Below are positions 50,104 to 63,381 of a stretch of DNA of 64,000 nucleotides, piece by piece. The position numbers and the translations under genes are program-made. The stretch lies in the NCBI RefSeq assembly GCF_963921235.1, contig NC_086108.1, forward strand, positions 9,486,001-9,550,000. The letters run 5' to 3'. The notes beneath the pieces were generated by a model. It made no database searches, had not been told where the DNA came from, and saw only the letters and a program-made list of their open reading frames with translations. Every line of letters starts with the position of its first letter. The first letter of the stretch is position 1. Origin of the DNA: Mobula hypostoma (taxonomy: Eukaryota).

Positions 50104-50675
50104 TTCCGGTAGACTTCCGGTAGCGCTCATGGAGTGAAGTCGCGTTCTTGACTCGCTCCATTACCTCTGAGTTTTTTCTCTCTATGGTCAGCTATACTTT
50201 AATTAACTATTAAGGCATCAATTTTTACAATATTTTGAATTAAACTGAATTCTCTGACAATTGGATGATACTGAGATCGGCTATGTCTAAGAACGGGAAA
50301 GACGGCAAGGATGGTAAACCTCCGGTTAAACCGAAAGCTACGGATCTCCCTCCGACTGAATCACCGGTGACTTTGGAAGCTATATCGGAGTTAATTCAGA
50401 GGGAAATTTCAACCTCTGTTAGGGAGATGATTCGTACAGAAATTATGGGCTCTGTTAAAGACCTGATTCATATGGAAATCTCAACTAAGTTCCAGAAAAT
50501 TGCCGATTTAATTGATAAGATGCAAACATGTATTGCGGAACATCAGTCGGCTATATCTGGTCTTCAAAAATCCGCGCAACAAAGTGAGCTTAAGATGGGG
50601 AAAGTCGAAGAAACAATTAATGTAATGAAGAAGAAACTTGACTTTTTGACTTTTAAAAACTCTGACTTGGAATCT
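50104..50675 (+). mobile_element. L1-like LINE 5' end (5' UTR and ORF1 N-terminus), 3'-truncated
   Basis: Starts with GACTTCCGGT; uninterrupted ORF 50265-50684 with a coiled-coil ending DLES, where L1 ORF1 usually continues as DLEnRSRRxN; CpG-rich. Confidence 0.7.
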
Positions 50676-51094
50676 AGCACTTAACATTCTTACCCTTGAA
50701 AACACAGTACACTCCACCCATGCTTCCCAAGTTTATAGAATTATATTAGGTCACCACGCAACCTCTTACATGCCAGAGAAAACAACCCAAGTTTATCTAA
50801 TTTCTCGCTGTAGCTCATGCACTCCAATCTAGGTTATTTCCTGGTAAACCTTTTCTGCAAACTTCCCAAAGTTTCCACATCCTTCCTGTAATGGGGTGTC
50901 CCGAACTGCACACGTTACTCCCAGTGTGGCCTGAGCAAACTTTCATACAGATGCAACATTACTCCTCTTACTGCCAAAGAAGGCAATCGTGCCCTGTTCC
51001 TTTTATTAATAAAAAAATCTTGATCTATTTGTGTGGTCACTTTCAGTGAGCTATGGATTTGGATTGATAACTCAGTAGAGGTGACTTTATATGT

Positions 51095-51716
51095 AATAAA
51101 GTGGTCACTGAGTGTATGTTCGTGATCTTCTGCTGCTGTAGCCACTTCGAGATCCAATGTGTTGCATGTTCAGAGATGCTCCTCTGCACACCACGCATAA
51201 CCACACATGACCCGTGGTTATTAGAGTTACTGTCGCCTTCCTGTCAGCTTGAATCAGTCTGGCCATTCTCCTCTGATCTCTCTCATACTTTTGGCCAAAG
51301 AGCTGCCACTCACTGGATTTCCCCCCCCCCTCCCGTATTTAAAGAGTTTCACACCATTCTCTGTAAACTCTAGACCAGGGGATGCTAATCTGGAATCCAC
51401 AGACTGCTCGGTTACTGATAAAGCTCCATGGCCTAAAAAAAAAAGTTGGGAACTCCTGCTCTAGAGACTGTTGTGTATGAAAATCCCAGGAGGTCAGTTT
51501 AGAGATACTCAAATGACCCCATCTGGCACCAACAATCATTCCATGGTCTAAGTCACTTAGATCACATTCCTTCCCCATTCTCCTGTTTGGTCTGAACAAC
51601 AGATCCTCTTGACCAAGTCTGTATGCTTTTATTCATTGAACTGTTGCCACACAAACAGCTGATCAGATATTTGCTTTAACAAGCAGATGTACCTAATAAA
51701 GTGGCCACTGAGTGTA
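51095..51716 (-). mobile_element. Tc1-like non-autonomous element containing a nested hAT MITE
   Basis: AATAAAGTGGYCACTGAGTGTA occurs twice; remnant MGKECDLSDLDHGMIVGARW. Confidence 0.7.
51376..51458. mobile_element. ~83-bp hAT (Charlie-type) MITE (similar copies at ~23488-23567 and ~27041-27122)
   Basis: CAGGGG...CTCCTG termini with 8-bp TSD CTCTAGAC/CTCTAGAG. Confidence 0.72.
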
Positions 51717-54700
51717 ATTTCACATTGAACAACTATTAGCCACGCTGCTGGGAGGCACAAACCACACAGTGCTCCAGAGACTGTGGGTGTATTATTTCAG
51801 AGCTATTCTCACTCCAAATTCAACTAGAACAGTGGTCCCCAACCTCCGGGCCGTGGACCGATACACTGCCGTGAAGAATGCAGCGGTGCAGCAGTAGCCA
51901 GAACACACCCAGTACATCTTTAAGAAAAAAGCCGAAATAAACAAGCTATTTAATTAGGTGCTGCCCGGCACGTAAATGTCGGCCCAGATCAGAGGCGATT
52001 GCCGATTGCGTCTGTCACCATACAACCCCGAGATTGTATTTTGCCTCAAAACCTCCTTATGCAATTGGATCCTGGATTGAAGTTATGATCACAAGATGAT
52101 TTGCACATGGTACCTTGGCTTTGCCATCATATACAACTGCTATGAAACACTGACACCAAAGCAGATGATGAATAAGATTCACCTTGTAATATTCTCAGTT
52201 GATTAATGTGCTGGACGGCCCAAAAACTCAAGATGAAACGTTCACGCTTTTGCTTCACACAGCTACCACAAAACCAGGGTATTTCTAGCATTTTGCTTTT
52301 ATCCCAGAATTCCAGTATCTGCAGCAGGTTGTGTCTGGAGGTTTCCTACTTGGAAGGCAGAAGTTTAGCACAGTCCACCTTGTGCCATGTTTCGAATGGT
52401 GCACTGGGCCAAACATCTTCCAGAATAAGCTGCTGGCTATGCCTGACAACGGACTGGTTCAGGGACTGAGTTCCTGCTGTCTTCTTGCTCCTGCCATCAG
52501 GAAGAGGTGTAAGAGCCTCAAGACTCTCAGCACCAGGCTCAAGATCAGTTACTATCTCTCAACCATCAGGCTCTTGAACCAAAAAGGATAACTTCACTCA
52601 ATTTCACATTTCCCATCATTGAAATGTTCCCACAACCTATGGTCTCACTTTCAAGGACTCTTCATCTCATGATCTCGATATTAATTGCTTATTTATTATT
52701 TCTTTCTTTTGTATTTGCAGTTTGTTATCTTCTACACTCTTGTTGAACACCCTAGTTGTGCTGTTTTTCATTGATTCTGTTATGGTTATTATGTTATAGA
52801 TAGAGTCAAAGAAAAGTACAGCACAGAAAAAGGCCTTTCGGCCCATCCAGTCAGTGCCGAACCATTTTAAACTGACTATTCCCATTGACCTGCACTGGGA
52901 CATAGCCCTCCATACCTACCATCCATGTACCCATCCAAACTTTCCTTAAATATTAAACTCAAGCTTGCGTACATAGCTCATGAAGACACTTGTACCACAC
53001 TCTCAAATATCTTTCTGAAATATTCTCTCAATTTTCTACATTCCAAGGAAAAACGTCCTAACCTATTCAATCTTCCCTTATAACTCAAGTCTTCCAGACC
53101 TGGCAACATCCTTGTAAATTTTCTCTAAACTCTTTCAATCTTATTTATATCTTTCCTGTAGGTAGATAAACAAAACAGCACACAATTCTCCAGATTAGAC
53201 CTCACCAATGTCTCATAAAACTTCAACATAACATCTCATCCCTTGTACAAAATACTTTGATTATGAAGGCCAATGTGCCAAAAGCTTTCTTTATGACCCT
53301 ATCTCCCTGTGATGCCACTTTCAATGAATTGTGGACCTGTATTCCCTGATCCCTTTGTTCTATCACACTCCTCTGTGCCTTAGCATTCACTGAGTAAGAC
53401 CTACACCTCGCACTTGTCTGCATTAAATTCTATCTGCTATACTTCAGCCCATTTTTCCAGCTGGTCCAGATCCTGCTGCAAGCCATGACGACCTTCCTTA
53501 CCATCCACTACACCACCAATCTTAGTGTCATCAGCAAACTTGCTGATTCAGTTAACCACATTATCATCTGGATCATCCATATAGATGACAAACAAATGCC
53601 TTGCTAAATACCATGTAGACAACATCACTACATCATCTATTTCCTGGTAACTTCCTCGAAAAACGTTTTTTTTGAGCAAAGTGAGTGTGTGCGCGCGTGC
53701 GTGTGTGTGTAATGCTGTTAGTCTGTTGGCAAGAGATACCACATCTGCAATTTGTAGAAGAGGACAGGACTAATGATGACATGTAGCAGAAACGAATGGG
53801 CTTCCATCAAGAGAAACTAATACTGCCCAGATGTCATCTTGTTCTGTCCCAATGTTAATCTTTTCCAATTTCTTTTCAAGACTGAACATTTGTGCAGGAA
53901 TACAGAAAAATAAACCATAGCAAATATTGGCATTGGCAATAAAAAAAGAAGAGCTTGTCTGGTCACTGCAGGAAAACTAGATGTTTAAAAAAAGGTATTA
54001 CATAACATCTTAGGTCTTGCATTCAGCCAAGAAAGTAAGACCTAATTTTTATCGAGGGATCAGAAGTGGAGGGAGTGATCAATTTCAAGTTCCTGGGTAT
54101 CAATATCTCTGAGGACCTAACCTGGTTGCAACATATTGATGCAACTATACAGGCAACAAATCAGTGGCTATATTTCATTAGGAAATAGAGGAGATTTGGT
54201 TTGTCAACAAAAACGCTCAAATTTCTACAGATGTACCGTGGAGAGCATTCTGATACACTGCATCACCATCTGGTAAGGGGGGAGGGGGAGTTGGCGGAGG
54301 CTTTTTCCACTGAGCTTGGGTGGGACCACAACCAGAGGTCAAGGGTTAAGGATGAAAGGTGAAAAGTTTAAAGGGAACATGCGGGGGAACTAGAGACTTC
54401 ACTCAGAGGGTGGTGAGAGTGTGGTACGAATGCCTTCACAAGCTACGTATGCAAGCTTGAATTTAACAGTTAAGATACTGCACACGATCAAAGTAAGTTG
54501 TGGAAAATTGTAAAATTAGTCAGCTTCATCCTGGGTACTAGCCTCCGCAGTATCCAGGACATCTTCAAGAAGCAGTGCCTTAGGATGGCGGCATCCATCA
54601 TTAAGCACCCCCACCATCCAGGTCATGCCCTCTTCTCACTGTTGCCATCAGGGAAGTACAGAAGCCTGCAGGCACACCGTCAGCGCTTCACAAACAGCCT

Positions 54701-56180
54701 CTTCCCCTCTGCTATCCGATTTCTGAATGAACATTGAACACTACCTCACTACTTTCTTTTTGCACTATTTTAATTTAACTATTGAATAGACATATACACT
54801 TTAATTTCTATATTTTTCATGTATTGCAATATGCTGCTGCCTCAAAGTCAACAAATTTCATGATATATGCTGGTGATATTACACCTGATTCTGATGCTGA
54901 CTACAATAGCAATGGTGGCACCCTAAGTTTTTACTTTGAAGTATTTGATTTGGGGTGCTCTGTTTGCAATCACTGAAATGTAAATTATCAGTTTTCTGTA
55001 CATATTTAAAATTGACTGTAATAAAATCCCACAATGTTTAATACCAAGATAGAATCAGGAAATCATTTTCTACAGAAATGAAACTCTTCAAGTATTCAAC
55101 CTATACTTTTTCCAGTTAATAAACGTTCAAATTAAAACCTCACCATGTCAAGGTAGTTTTCTAGCACAAGTTTTCAGACTTTAAAGGAGGTTATGCTGTG
55201 ACTTAAAAGAGGTAAAGTGCTCACTTTGCTTTCTAAAACGTTGACAAATTTCCAAAGATGTGTAGTGGAGTGTATATTGAGTGGCTGAAACACCAATGAA
55301 CTTGAATGGAAAATTGTATAAAAGAAAGTGATACAGCCCATCATGGGTAAAGCCTTCCCAACCACTGAGCACATCTACATAAATGCTGTGGCAGGAAAGT
55401 AGCATCCATCATCAGATATCACCATCACTCATGCTCTCTTCTCACTGTTGCCATGAGGTAGAAGATACAGGGGCTTCAGGACTCGCACCAATAGGTTCAG
55501 GAACAGTTACTACCCCTCAACCATCAAGCTCTTGAACAAAAGGGTATAACTACAATCACTTGCCCCATCATTAATATGTTTAAGACAACCAATGATCTCT
55601 TTATCTTTATCTTATTATCTTATGTTCTTGGGGTTGTATATAGCGATGAACAGATTGTGTTTGTCTATTACTGAGATTTAGATCAAGATCAGACTACATT
55701 TTATGAATAATTAATTCAGAAAACTAGGTAATTGCAAAGGGTTCACAAACTTTTTCTTGCAACTGTACTTCGACAAATTATTTTAAAGATTGGAGTTGGG
55801 CAAAAAGGGCGTGACTGCAGCTTTTCAGTGGATCTGCTATTTCAGTACTGCGTGCCTCCACTGAATTCCTGACTACCCCCAATTTAACAGTAAATGTCTT
55901 CACTCCTAGCCAAAAATAGCCACACTACTTGAAAACAGCAGCTGAACAATTTCCCAACCAGTAGAAATGTAAATGCTCCATAATAAAAACCAACAAGTAG
56001 AGCTTTCCTGTGCTTTGCAAGGATTGAAATTTAGCTATGTAATTGCATTTGCTGACAGGTTTGTTTTTTTTTGAGGTACACATGGTTTTATTTGTTTTGT
56101 GGCTGCCTGGAGAAGATGAATCTTACGAGTTGAATACTGCATATATACTTTCATAATAAATGCATTTTGAGCTTTCATTT

Positions 56181-56438
56181 GCAAAACTCTGGAGGAACTC
56201 AGCAGGCCGAGCAGCATCCATAGAAAGGAATAAGCCGAAGTTTCAGGCTGAAACCCTTCAACGGGACCAAAAAGAAAGATCTGCCTTCTTTTCCCTTTTT
56301 TCCCTGTCCTGATGAAGGGTTGCAGCCTGAAACAGTGACTGTTTATTCCTTTCCATAGATGCTGCCTTAACCTGCTGAATTCCTCCAGCATTTTGTGAAT
56401 GTTGCTCTAGATTTCCAACAAATGCAGAATCTCGTGTT
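56181..56438. mobile_element. Older fold-back Penelope-like terminal repeat
   Basis: Inverted GGAGGAACTCAGCAGG / CCTGCTGAATTCCTCC arms; plus-strand CTGATGA-AGGGTTGCAGCCT-GAAA at 56309-56332 with a mutated cleavage triplet. Confidence 0.7.
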
Positions 56439-58515
56439 CGACATTTTCATTTTTATAATCAACCGATTGCCTCCAAAAGGAAGTATTTGCTAGCAATAAT
56501 ATCTAACTAACATGGTCTTACCTGAGACCATGGTATATTAAACAATTTTAAAGGCCCAGACATTTTATTTGAAAGTTGCAAACAAAAGTTTGGAAAGACA
56601 TCACTAACTTTTACAAATGTAGATACATAGCAAAATCACATTTTTACAAAAACGCAGTTAGTGAAAACAGATGGACATGACAAAGTCTCTTGCATCAGGA
56701 ACAGCTGGTCAGAAGAATCATTAAAATTGGTTATATTTGAGTTGGACATTAACATCTCCAGATGAGATTACCATGCTCAGAAATGCTTGTCTGTTACCTT
56801 CAGGGTTCCCTGACAAGATTAACTTATTTTTAAAAACAAACTACAACCACCTGGTACATATTTGCTTTAGATAAGATTGCAATCCAATCCAGCTTCAGTG
56901 AACTGCAGAGAAGTATTAAGGGTGTTCATTCATCCTGTCCTCTAATCCCAGCAAAATCTATAAATATACTTATGACACAACTATTGTAGGCAGAATTTCA
57001 GATGGTGACAAGGAGTCATACAGGAGTGGGACAGATCAGCTGGTTGAGTGATGTCACAGCAACAACCTTGCACTCAACATCAATAAGACCAAGAAATTGT
57101 GGATTTCAGGAAGGGGAAGTTGAGGAAACATACACCAGTCCTCATAGAGGAATCAGCAGAGGAAAGGGCAAACGGTTTCAAGATCTTGAGGATCTATCCT
57201 GGGTGCAACATATTGATGGAATTAGAAATAACGCACACTGGTGGCTACATTTCATCAGGAGTTTGAGGAGACTTGGTATGTTACCAAAACCCCACAAATT
57301 TGTACAGGCGTACAGTGGAGAGCAGTCTAACTGGTTGCATCACCGTCTGGTACTGTACAGAGTGGCCACTGCACAGGATCGGTAAAAGCTGCAAAAAGTT
57401 GTAAACTTGGCCAGCTCTATCATGGGCACTGGCCTCCCAGCATGAAGGTCACCTTAAAAAGGGCAGCATCCATCATAAAGGACCCTCATCATCCAGGACA
57501 TGCCCTCTTCTCATTGCTACCATCAGGAAGGACGTACAGGAGCCCAAAGACACACACTCAACAATTCAGGAACAGCTTCTTCCCCTCTGCCATCAGAATA
57601 GACACAGAAGCCATTACAGTTTATTTTCTCTTTATACACTACTTATTTTTTATATACATATTTCTTATTGTAAGATAGCGTTTCTTTTAAAAAGTCATTA
57701 TGTATTGCATTGTGCTGCTGTTGCAAAATAACAAATTTCATGATATATGCCAATGATATTAAACCTGATTCTGATTACATCATATCTGACGAGTCAGTCA
57801 GGAACATGCTGTTGAAGAGGGAGTTTACCAATGAAGTAGGTAATTTCTCAACTAGAGATGAGCTTTATTTGTCACATGCACTTCAAAACATACAGTGAAA
57901 TGCATTGATTGTGTCACCAAACAACTCAGTGCAAGTTTGCTGGGGGGAGCTTGCAAGTGCCACAAAGAAGCACATCAAAGAATCAGCCAGGACCTTCAGC
58001 CCATCTAGTCTATACCGGATTGTTATTCTGCCAAGCCCCATCAATCCACACTTGGACCATTGCCCTCCATACCCATCCCACCTATGCACTTCTCCAAACA
58101 TCTCTTCAATGTCACAATCATGTCGCTTCTGATGCCAAAATAGTGTGCCCACAATTATGAACCCCGACTTTTACATTGGTGGAAAGTGGAAGAAAACAGG
58201 AACATTGGAAGAAACACACTCAGTTACAGGGAGATGATACAAACCCCTTTAGAGGCAGTGGCAGGAATTGAATCCGGATCTTACAGCTAACATTCTGACC
58301 GCTACGCCGTACTATCCCTAGGGAAGGACACAATGGACGAATTACTTTCCAGAATAAAAAGCTGAAGAGGGGAGAAACAATGGGTAACAACCACACAGGC
58401 ACTGCCACTCTGTAGAATACCTGTACTTAATAAACACAAAATACTAAGCTCTGCGTACAAGATTAACACATTAGTACTGAAATTGGCCATTTGCTCCATG
58501 CCAGATAATATTTCA

Positions 58516-59475
58516 CTACACTATTGATGCTGCCCTCAACTACATCGCCCCCATTTCCTGAACATCCACGCTCAGTTCATCTTCCTGCCACCTTAACAGT
58601 TATAGAGTTCCTTTTGTCCTTACCTACCACACCATGAGCTTCCGCATCCAACACATCATCCTCTGCAACTTCCACCATCTCCAAAGGATCCTACTACTAA
58701 ACGTATCTTTGCTACCCTCCCACTCTCCCAGCTTTCTGCAAGGATTATTCCCTCCATGATTCCTTTGTCCACTCATCCCTCCCCACTAATCTCTCTCCCA
58801 GTACTTAACCCTGCAAGCAGCCTAAGTGCAACCTACCCATTCACCTCGTCCTTCACCTCCATTCAGGGTACCAAATAGTCCTTGAAGGTGAGGCAACACT
58901 TCACCTGCGAATCTGCTGAGGTCATCTATTGTGCTCCTGACGTGGGCCCCTTTACATTGATGAAACCATTTGTAAATTGGGGGACTGCTTCATCGAGGAC
59001 CTCTGCTCCAACCACCAAAAGTGGAACTTCCTGGTGGCCGAACATTTTAATTGCAATTCCCTTTCCGACATGTCAGTCCTCTTGTGCCGCGGTAAGGTCA
59101 CCCTCTGGATGGAGGAGCAACAACTTATATTCTTGTCTGGGTACCCTCCAAACTGATGGCATGAAAATCAGTACCTCCTTCCAGTAACAAAAAAAAAATC
59201 CCCCCCCCCCTTCTGTTCCCCACTCTGGCCTTTCACTTTTCACCTGCCTATCACCTCCCCCTGGTGCCCCTCCTCCTTCCCTCTCTCATGTCCACCCTCC
59301 ACTCCTACTCAGCCCTTTATCATTTGTACTCACCTGGCTTCACCTATTATCTTCTAGCTACCCTGCCCCTCGCCCACAATTTTATTCTGGCAACTACCCC
59401 CCACCCCCCCAAACCTTCCTTCTCAGTCCTGAAGAAGGGTTTCGGTTTCTTCATTAAAGCTGCCTGACCTGGTAA
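58516..59475 (+). mobile_element. Penelope-like element, decayed linker and GIY-YIG endonuclease region plus pLTR
   Basis: Fragments RVPFVLTYH, IQHIILCNFHHLQ, KVRQHFTCESAEVIYC, LYIDET, EEQQLIF, LGTLQTDGM; truncated CAGTCCTGAAGAAGGG at ~59424. Confidence 0.82.
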
Positions 59476-59749
59476 GTTCTGCCACGGTTTGTGGCTCTGC
59501 TGCTGATGTTACCCTGGATATCCAGTGATAAGGGAAAACAGCAAGAAAACTATTGAATCTCTGCTCCAAAATGCCTGCATTGATGACGATTAAATAGCAT
59601 GAGCATACAGAAACTAATCTCATGGCAGGTGGTCCTCTCGTATGTACCTTTAATCTTTATACATCAAATGCTGGTAAGATAATTTATCATCAAAATAGCT
59701 TGGTTTGTAATAGCACAGCACAACAAAGATTTTGCTTCCAGAATACTTC

Positions 59750-60493
59750 TGGGTGTATCTTATGGATTTTGGGCTACTGATCATGAAAATCACCATGAAA
59801 TTTCCCCATCACGCACCATTTTTTTGAAATGGCCTATTTTTGTTATTTCAATTCATAATTCAAGCCAAGATTAAAGGCGGCATTTTTGTTGGTCCACAAA
59901 TCAAACAGCTCATCAATGACAGACAATTCGAAGAATCTCAAGTGGGACCGGAAAATATCGCATGGAGGAATTCAAGGATATTGTTGAAAATATTCTTGGC
60001 AACTACAGAGCACCCAACTACGTGCAGCTGGTTGACAACATGCTTCAAGCATACAAAATCATGAAGTGCAATATGTCACTAGATTCATTTTCTGCATTCC
60101 TGTTCAGACTTCTTCCCTGTCAATCTTGGCGCTGTCAGTGATGAGCGTGGTGAAAGGTTTCACCAGGACATTGTGGTCATGGAGAAACGGTATCAGGGCA
60201 ACTGGAATCCATCAATGCTGGCTGATTATTGTTGGACATTTAAGTGATAAGCCTCAGACACCGAGTATGAACAAAAATAACCAAGATTTTTAGCTTCGTT
60301 GTAACTATTGCAAAGCCTCAGCACTATTATGCAATTAAACGCATTATATTCAATAAAAGTTAATTTCTTGTTTCTCCAAATTCCTACTTGTTACAAGTAG
60401 TCTGAAATTGTATTTATGTTTAGCTTCAAGCGGACTATCAGAAACAGAAAAAAATTCTGAGGAAGCAACATTTTAAAATAATTTTGTCTAATG
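59750..60493 (+). mobile_element. DNA transposon transposase C-terminal fragment, Chapaev/CMC-like (second copy at ~46920-47480)
   Basis: KIKGGIFVGPQIK, FLGNYRAPNY, IHFLHS.DFFP.NLGAVSDERGERFHQD, MEKRYQGNWNPSMLADYCW; family assignment from recall only. Confidence 0.6.
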
Positions 60494-62865
60494 TAGTCAG
60501 TGAATTTGCTAACAATAAGCTACAATATTTGTGACTCGACTCGGTTATGAAGTACACGACATAAAAATTAAATAGTGGGTCTGTCCACAGCAAGAATAAA
60601 ATGGCAGGCAGATGTCAGCAGTCAGTTCCTATTGCAACATTTCTTAAGAAGGGAGCAACTGCACCCCCCCCCCCCCCGAGGGGCCGCACACATTGCATAA
60701 ACGAGCAGTCATTACATCCCAGACTAATCGGACTGGGCTGCTGCCAATAAAACATCTGACAGTGACACCTGACCATATCCGACCAAAGTCCATCAGTTTC
60801 ACATTCACAGACAGGCCTCAAATGTATAATTTCATTTGATTGCATGAAGGAGAAAAAAAAAACAGCTGTTGGTTTGTTCTGCATTCAGACATTTTTGTCC
60901 TTGTCTATATATAGACTGACGCCACAGGCATGGTTGGGTACTGAATGTTCTTTGTAGCTTTTATAACGCACATGTTTTCTATTATACAACATCTGCAACA
61001 GACATTGAGATGTTTTAATGTTATTTTCTCCCTCCTTTTGAAATTACCCCTCCTCAGCAAGAAGGTGGATGATGGAGATGCTTTCACACCTCTGCTACTG
61101 CCACGCTAAAACTAACATCAAATACATCATTCTGGGGTGATTTTCTAGACTGTTTATCTTTCCAAGGAAGTTCCACTCTGCCTTTCTCTCCCCTCCCCCC
61201 CAACCCAGATGATGTAGCCAAGTTCAGAAATGTGTGGTGCAAATTCCTAACCTATTTTGACTCTGTTAGCTCACTGCACTGCCTAAATACTTCTGCTAAA
61301 ATATCCCAGAGGAGGAACTGATGGAACAAGAGCACGGTTCTTAAAATCATGGCATCACTGTCAGACATTTCTAGTTTTCTATTATTCTTCACAGACTGGT
61401 TTGAGATTATTCAAGCCAAGCAAACACACCAGTTTTCCGACACTGACTGCTTTACTGAGGTACTCTCTCCCTGCAGAACCTGCCTATTTCTTTGAGTGAG
61501 TCAAGGTAGCAGTGACAGACTTGGACCATCAGTTATAGATACAGAATTCGGCCATTTGGCCCATTGAGACTGCTCTGTCATTTCATCATGACTGATCCAT
61601 TTCCCTCCCAGGCCCAATCTCCTGCCTTTTCCCCACAACCTTTCATGCCCTGACTAATTAAGAATCTATCAACCTCTGCCTTAAATATACTCAATGACTT
61701 GGTTTCAAAGCCACCTGTGGCAGTGAGTTTCACAGATATACCACTCTGTGGCTAAAGGAATGGCTCCTCATCTCTGTTCTAAATGGACATCCCTCTATTC
61801 TGAGGTTGTGCCCTTTGGTCTTAGAATCCCTACCATATTAAAAAAATCCTCTCCACATCCATCCTATTGAGGACATTCAACATTCGCTAAGTTTCAATGA
61901 CATACCCCCTCATTCTTGAATTCCAGTGAGTACTGACCTAAAGCTATCAAACACTCCTTACATGATAAGCCTTTCAATCATGGAATCATTTTTTGTGAAC
62001 CTCCTTTGAACTCTCTCCAATGTTAGTACATCCTTTCTTAGATAATGGACCCAAAAGTGCTCACAATACTCCAAGTGAGGCGTTAACAGTGCCTTATAAA
62101 GCCTCAGCATTAGATCCTTGCTTTGATATTTTAGTCCCCTTGAAATGAATGCTAACATCGCATTTGCCTTTCTCCCCACCGACTTAACCTGCAAATTAAC
62201 TTCCAGGGAATCCTGCACAAGGACAAGTTGACTCGCACTTAAATCCTTTACCGCTTCAGGATCGGCCTATTAGGACAGCACTTGTACAAGACTGGACTAT
62301 AAGACATTAAATTCAGCCCATTGATTCTTGTCATTCCATCATGGCTGATTTATTACCCCTCTCCTGTCTTCTCCCTGCAACTATGAAGCCCTTACCAATT
62401 AGAATCTGTCAAACCACTGCTTTAACTATATCTATGAAATAGGTGCAAAGTTCACATTTATTAACTAGTACTCAAAATAACAAGTGTATTGTAACAAATT
62501 TTATTTACTTATTGAGTTACAGCGTGGAATAGCCCCATCCGAGGCTTCAAGCCGCACTGCCCAGCAATCCCTCAATTTAACCCTAGCCTAATCGCTGGAC
62601 AGTTTACAATTAACCTACCAACCTGGTAGGTCTTTGGACTGTGGGAGGAAACCGGAGCATCTGGAGGAAACCCACAAGCTCACGGAGAAATCATACTAAC
62701 TCCTTACAGGCAGCAGCAGGAATTGAACACGGATTGCCTGTACTGTAAAGCATTGTGCTAATCACTATGCTACCATGCCACCTCAATGCCGGCAACATTA
62801 AGTTACGGCGAGCTGGGCACAACACTTCTTTGTCAAAAACTTCAATAATTAAATGTCAACCTTAC

Positions 62866-63381
62866 CTGCACTAGTATTGCTTCCAATGTTGTTGATTGCG
62901 GATGGCACTGACACAGATGTATGCAGAGGCAAATGCCCATTCTCACAGGTCATTGGCTTGTCCTGCCAGGCAGGAACAGTGACACACATGCCGCTGTCTG
63001 CTCGGTTCTGCCACTCATTCAGCTTGTCCTCAACGTTCTGTCTTTGATTTTGGTTGTACGCTCCTGTGTAGATAGAGTCTGCCCGCCCAACACCTGATGA
63101 GCTGTAGTTGCTCGACATGTGCTCCTCCAGGTGAGTTAGCCATAAGGCCAGGGAACTCCGGTCGTCCAGCGAGGTGGCAGGATGAATTAGTGCATAGGAC
63201 AGGAGCTGCCTACTCTCTTCTATAAACAGGTTGCTATCGATTGAGTAAGCCAGCACCTTTTGCAGCAGCTTCATGTACTCAGACTTTGCTTCTATATTCC
63301 CAGGCTGAAGTAGAGGAAGATGGGAAAGCAGCTGTAGAACAACCTTCTCCTTAGGGTCTTGATGCCATTGACTGATGAAAG
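62866..63381 (-). CDS. SAMD4B: Smaug homolog (SAMD4B-like), internal coding exon, N-terminal region (516 bp)
   Basis: Acceptor tttttcag|CT and donor G|gtaag, phase 1/1. Translates [81 protein letters not shown]..., recognisable SAMD4 sequence. Family call is firm; A vs B paralog is less so. Confidence 0.93.
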
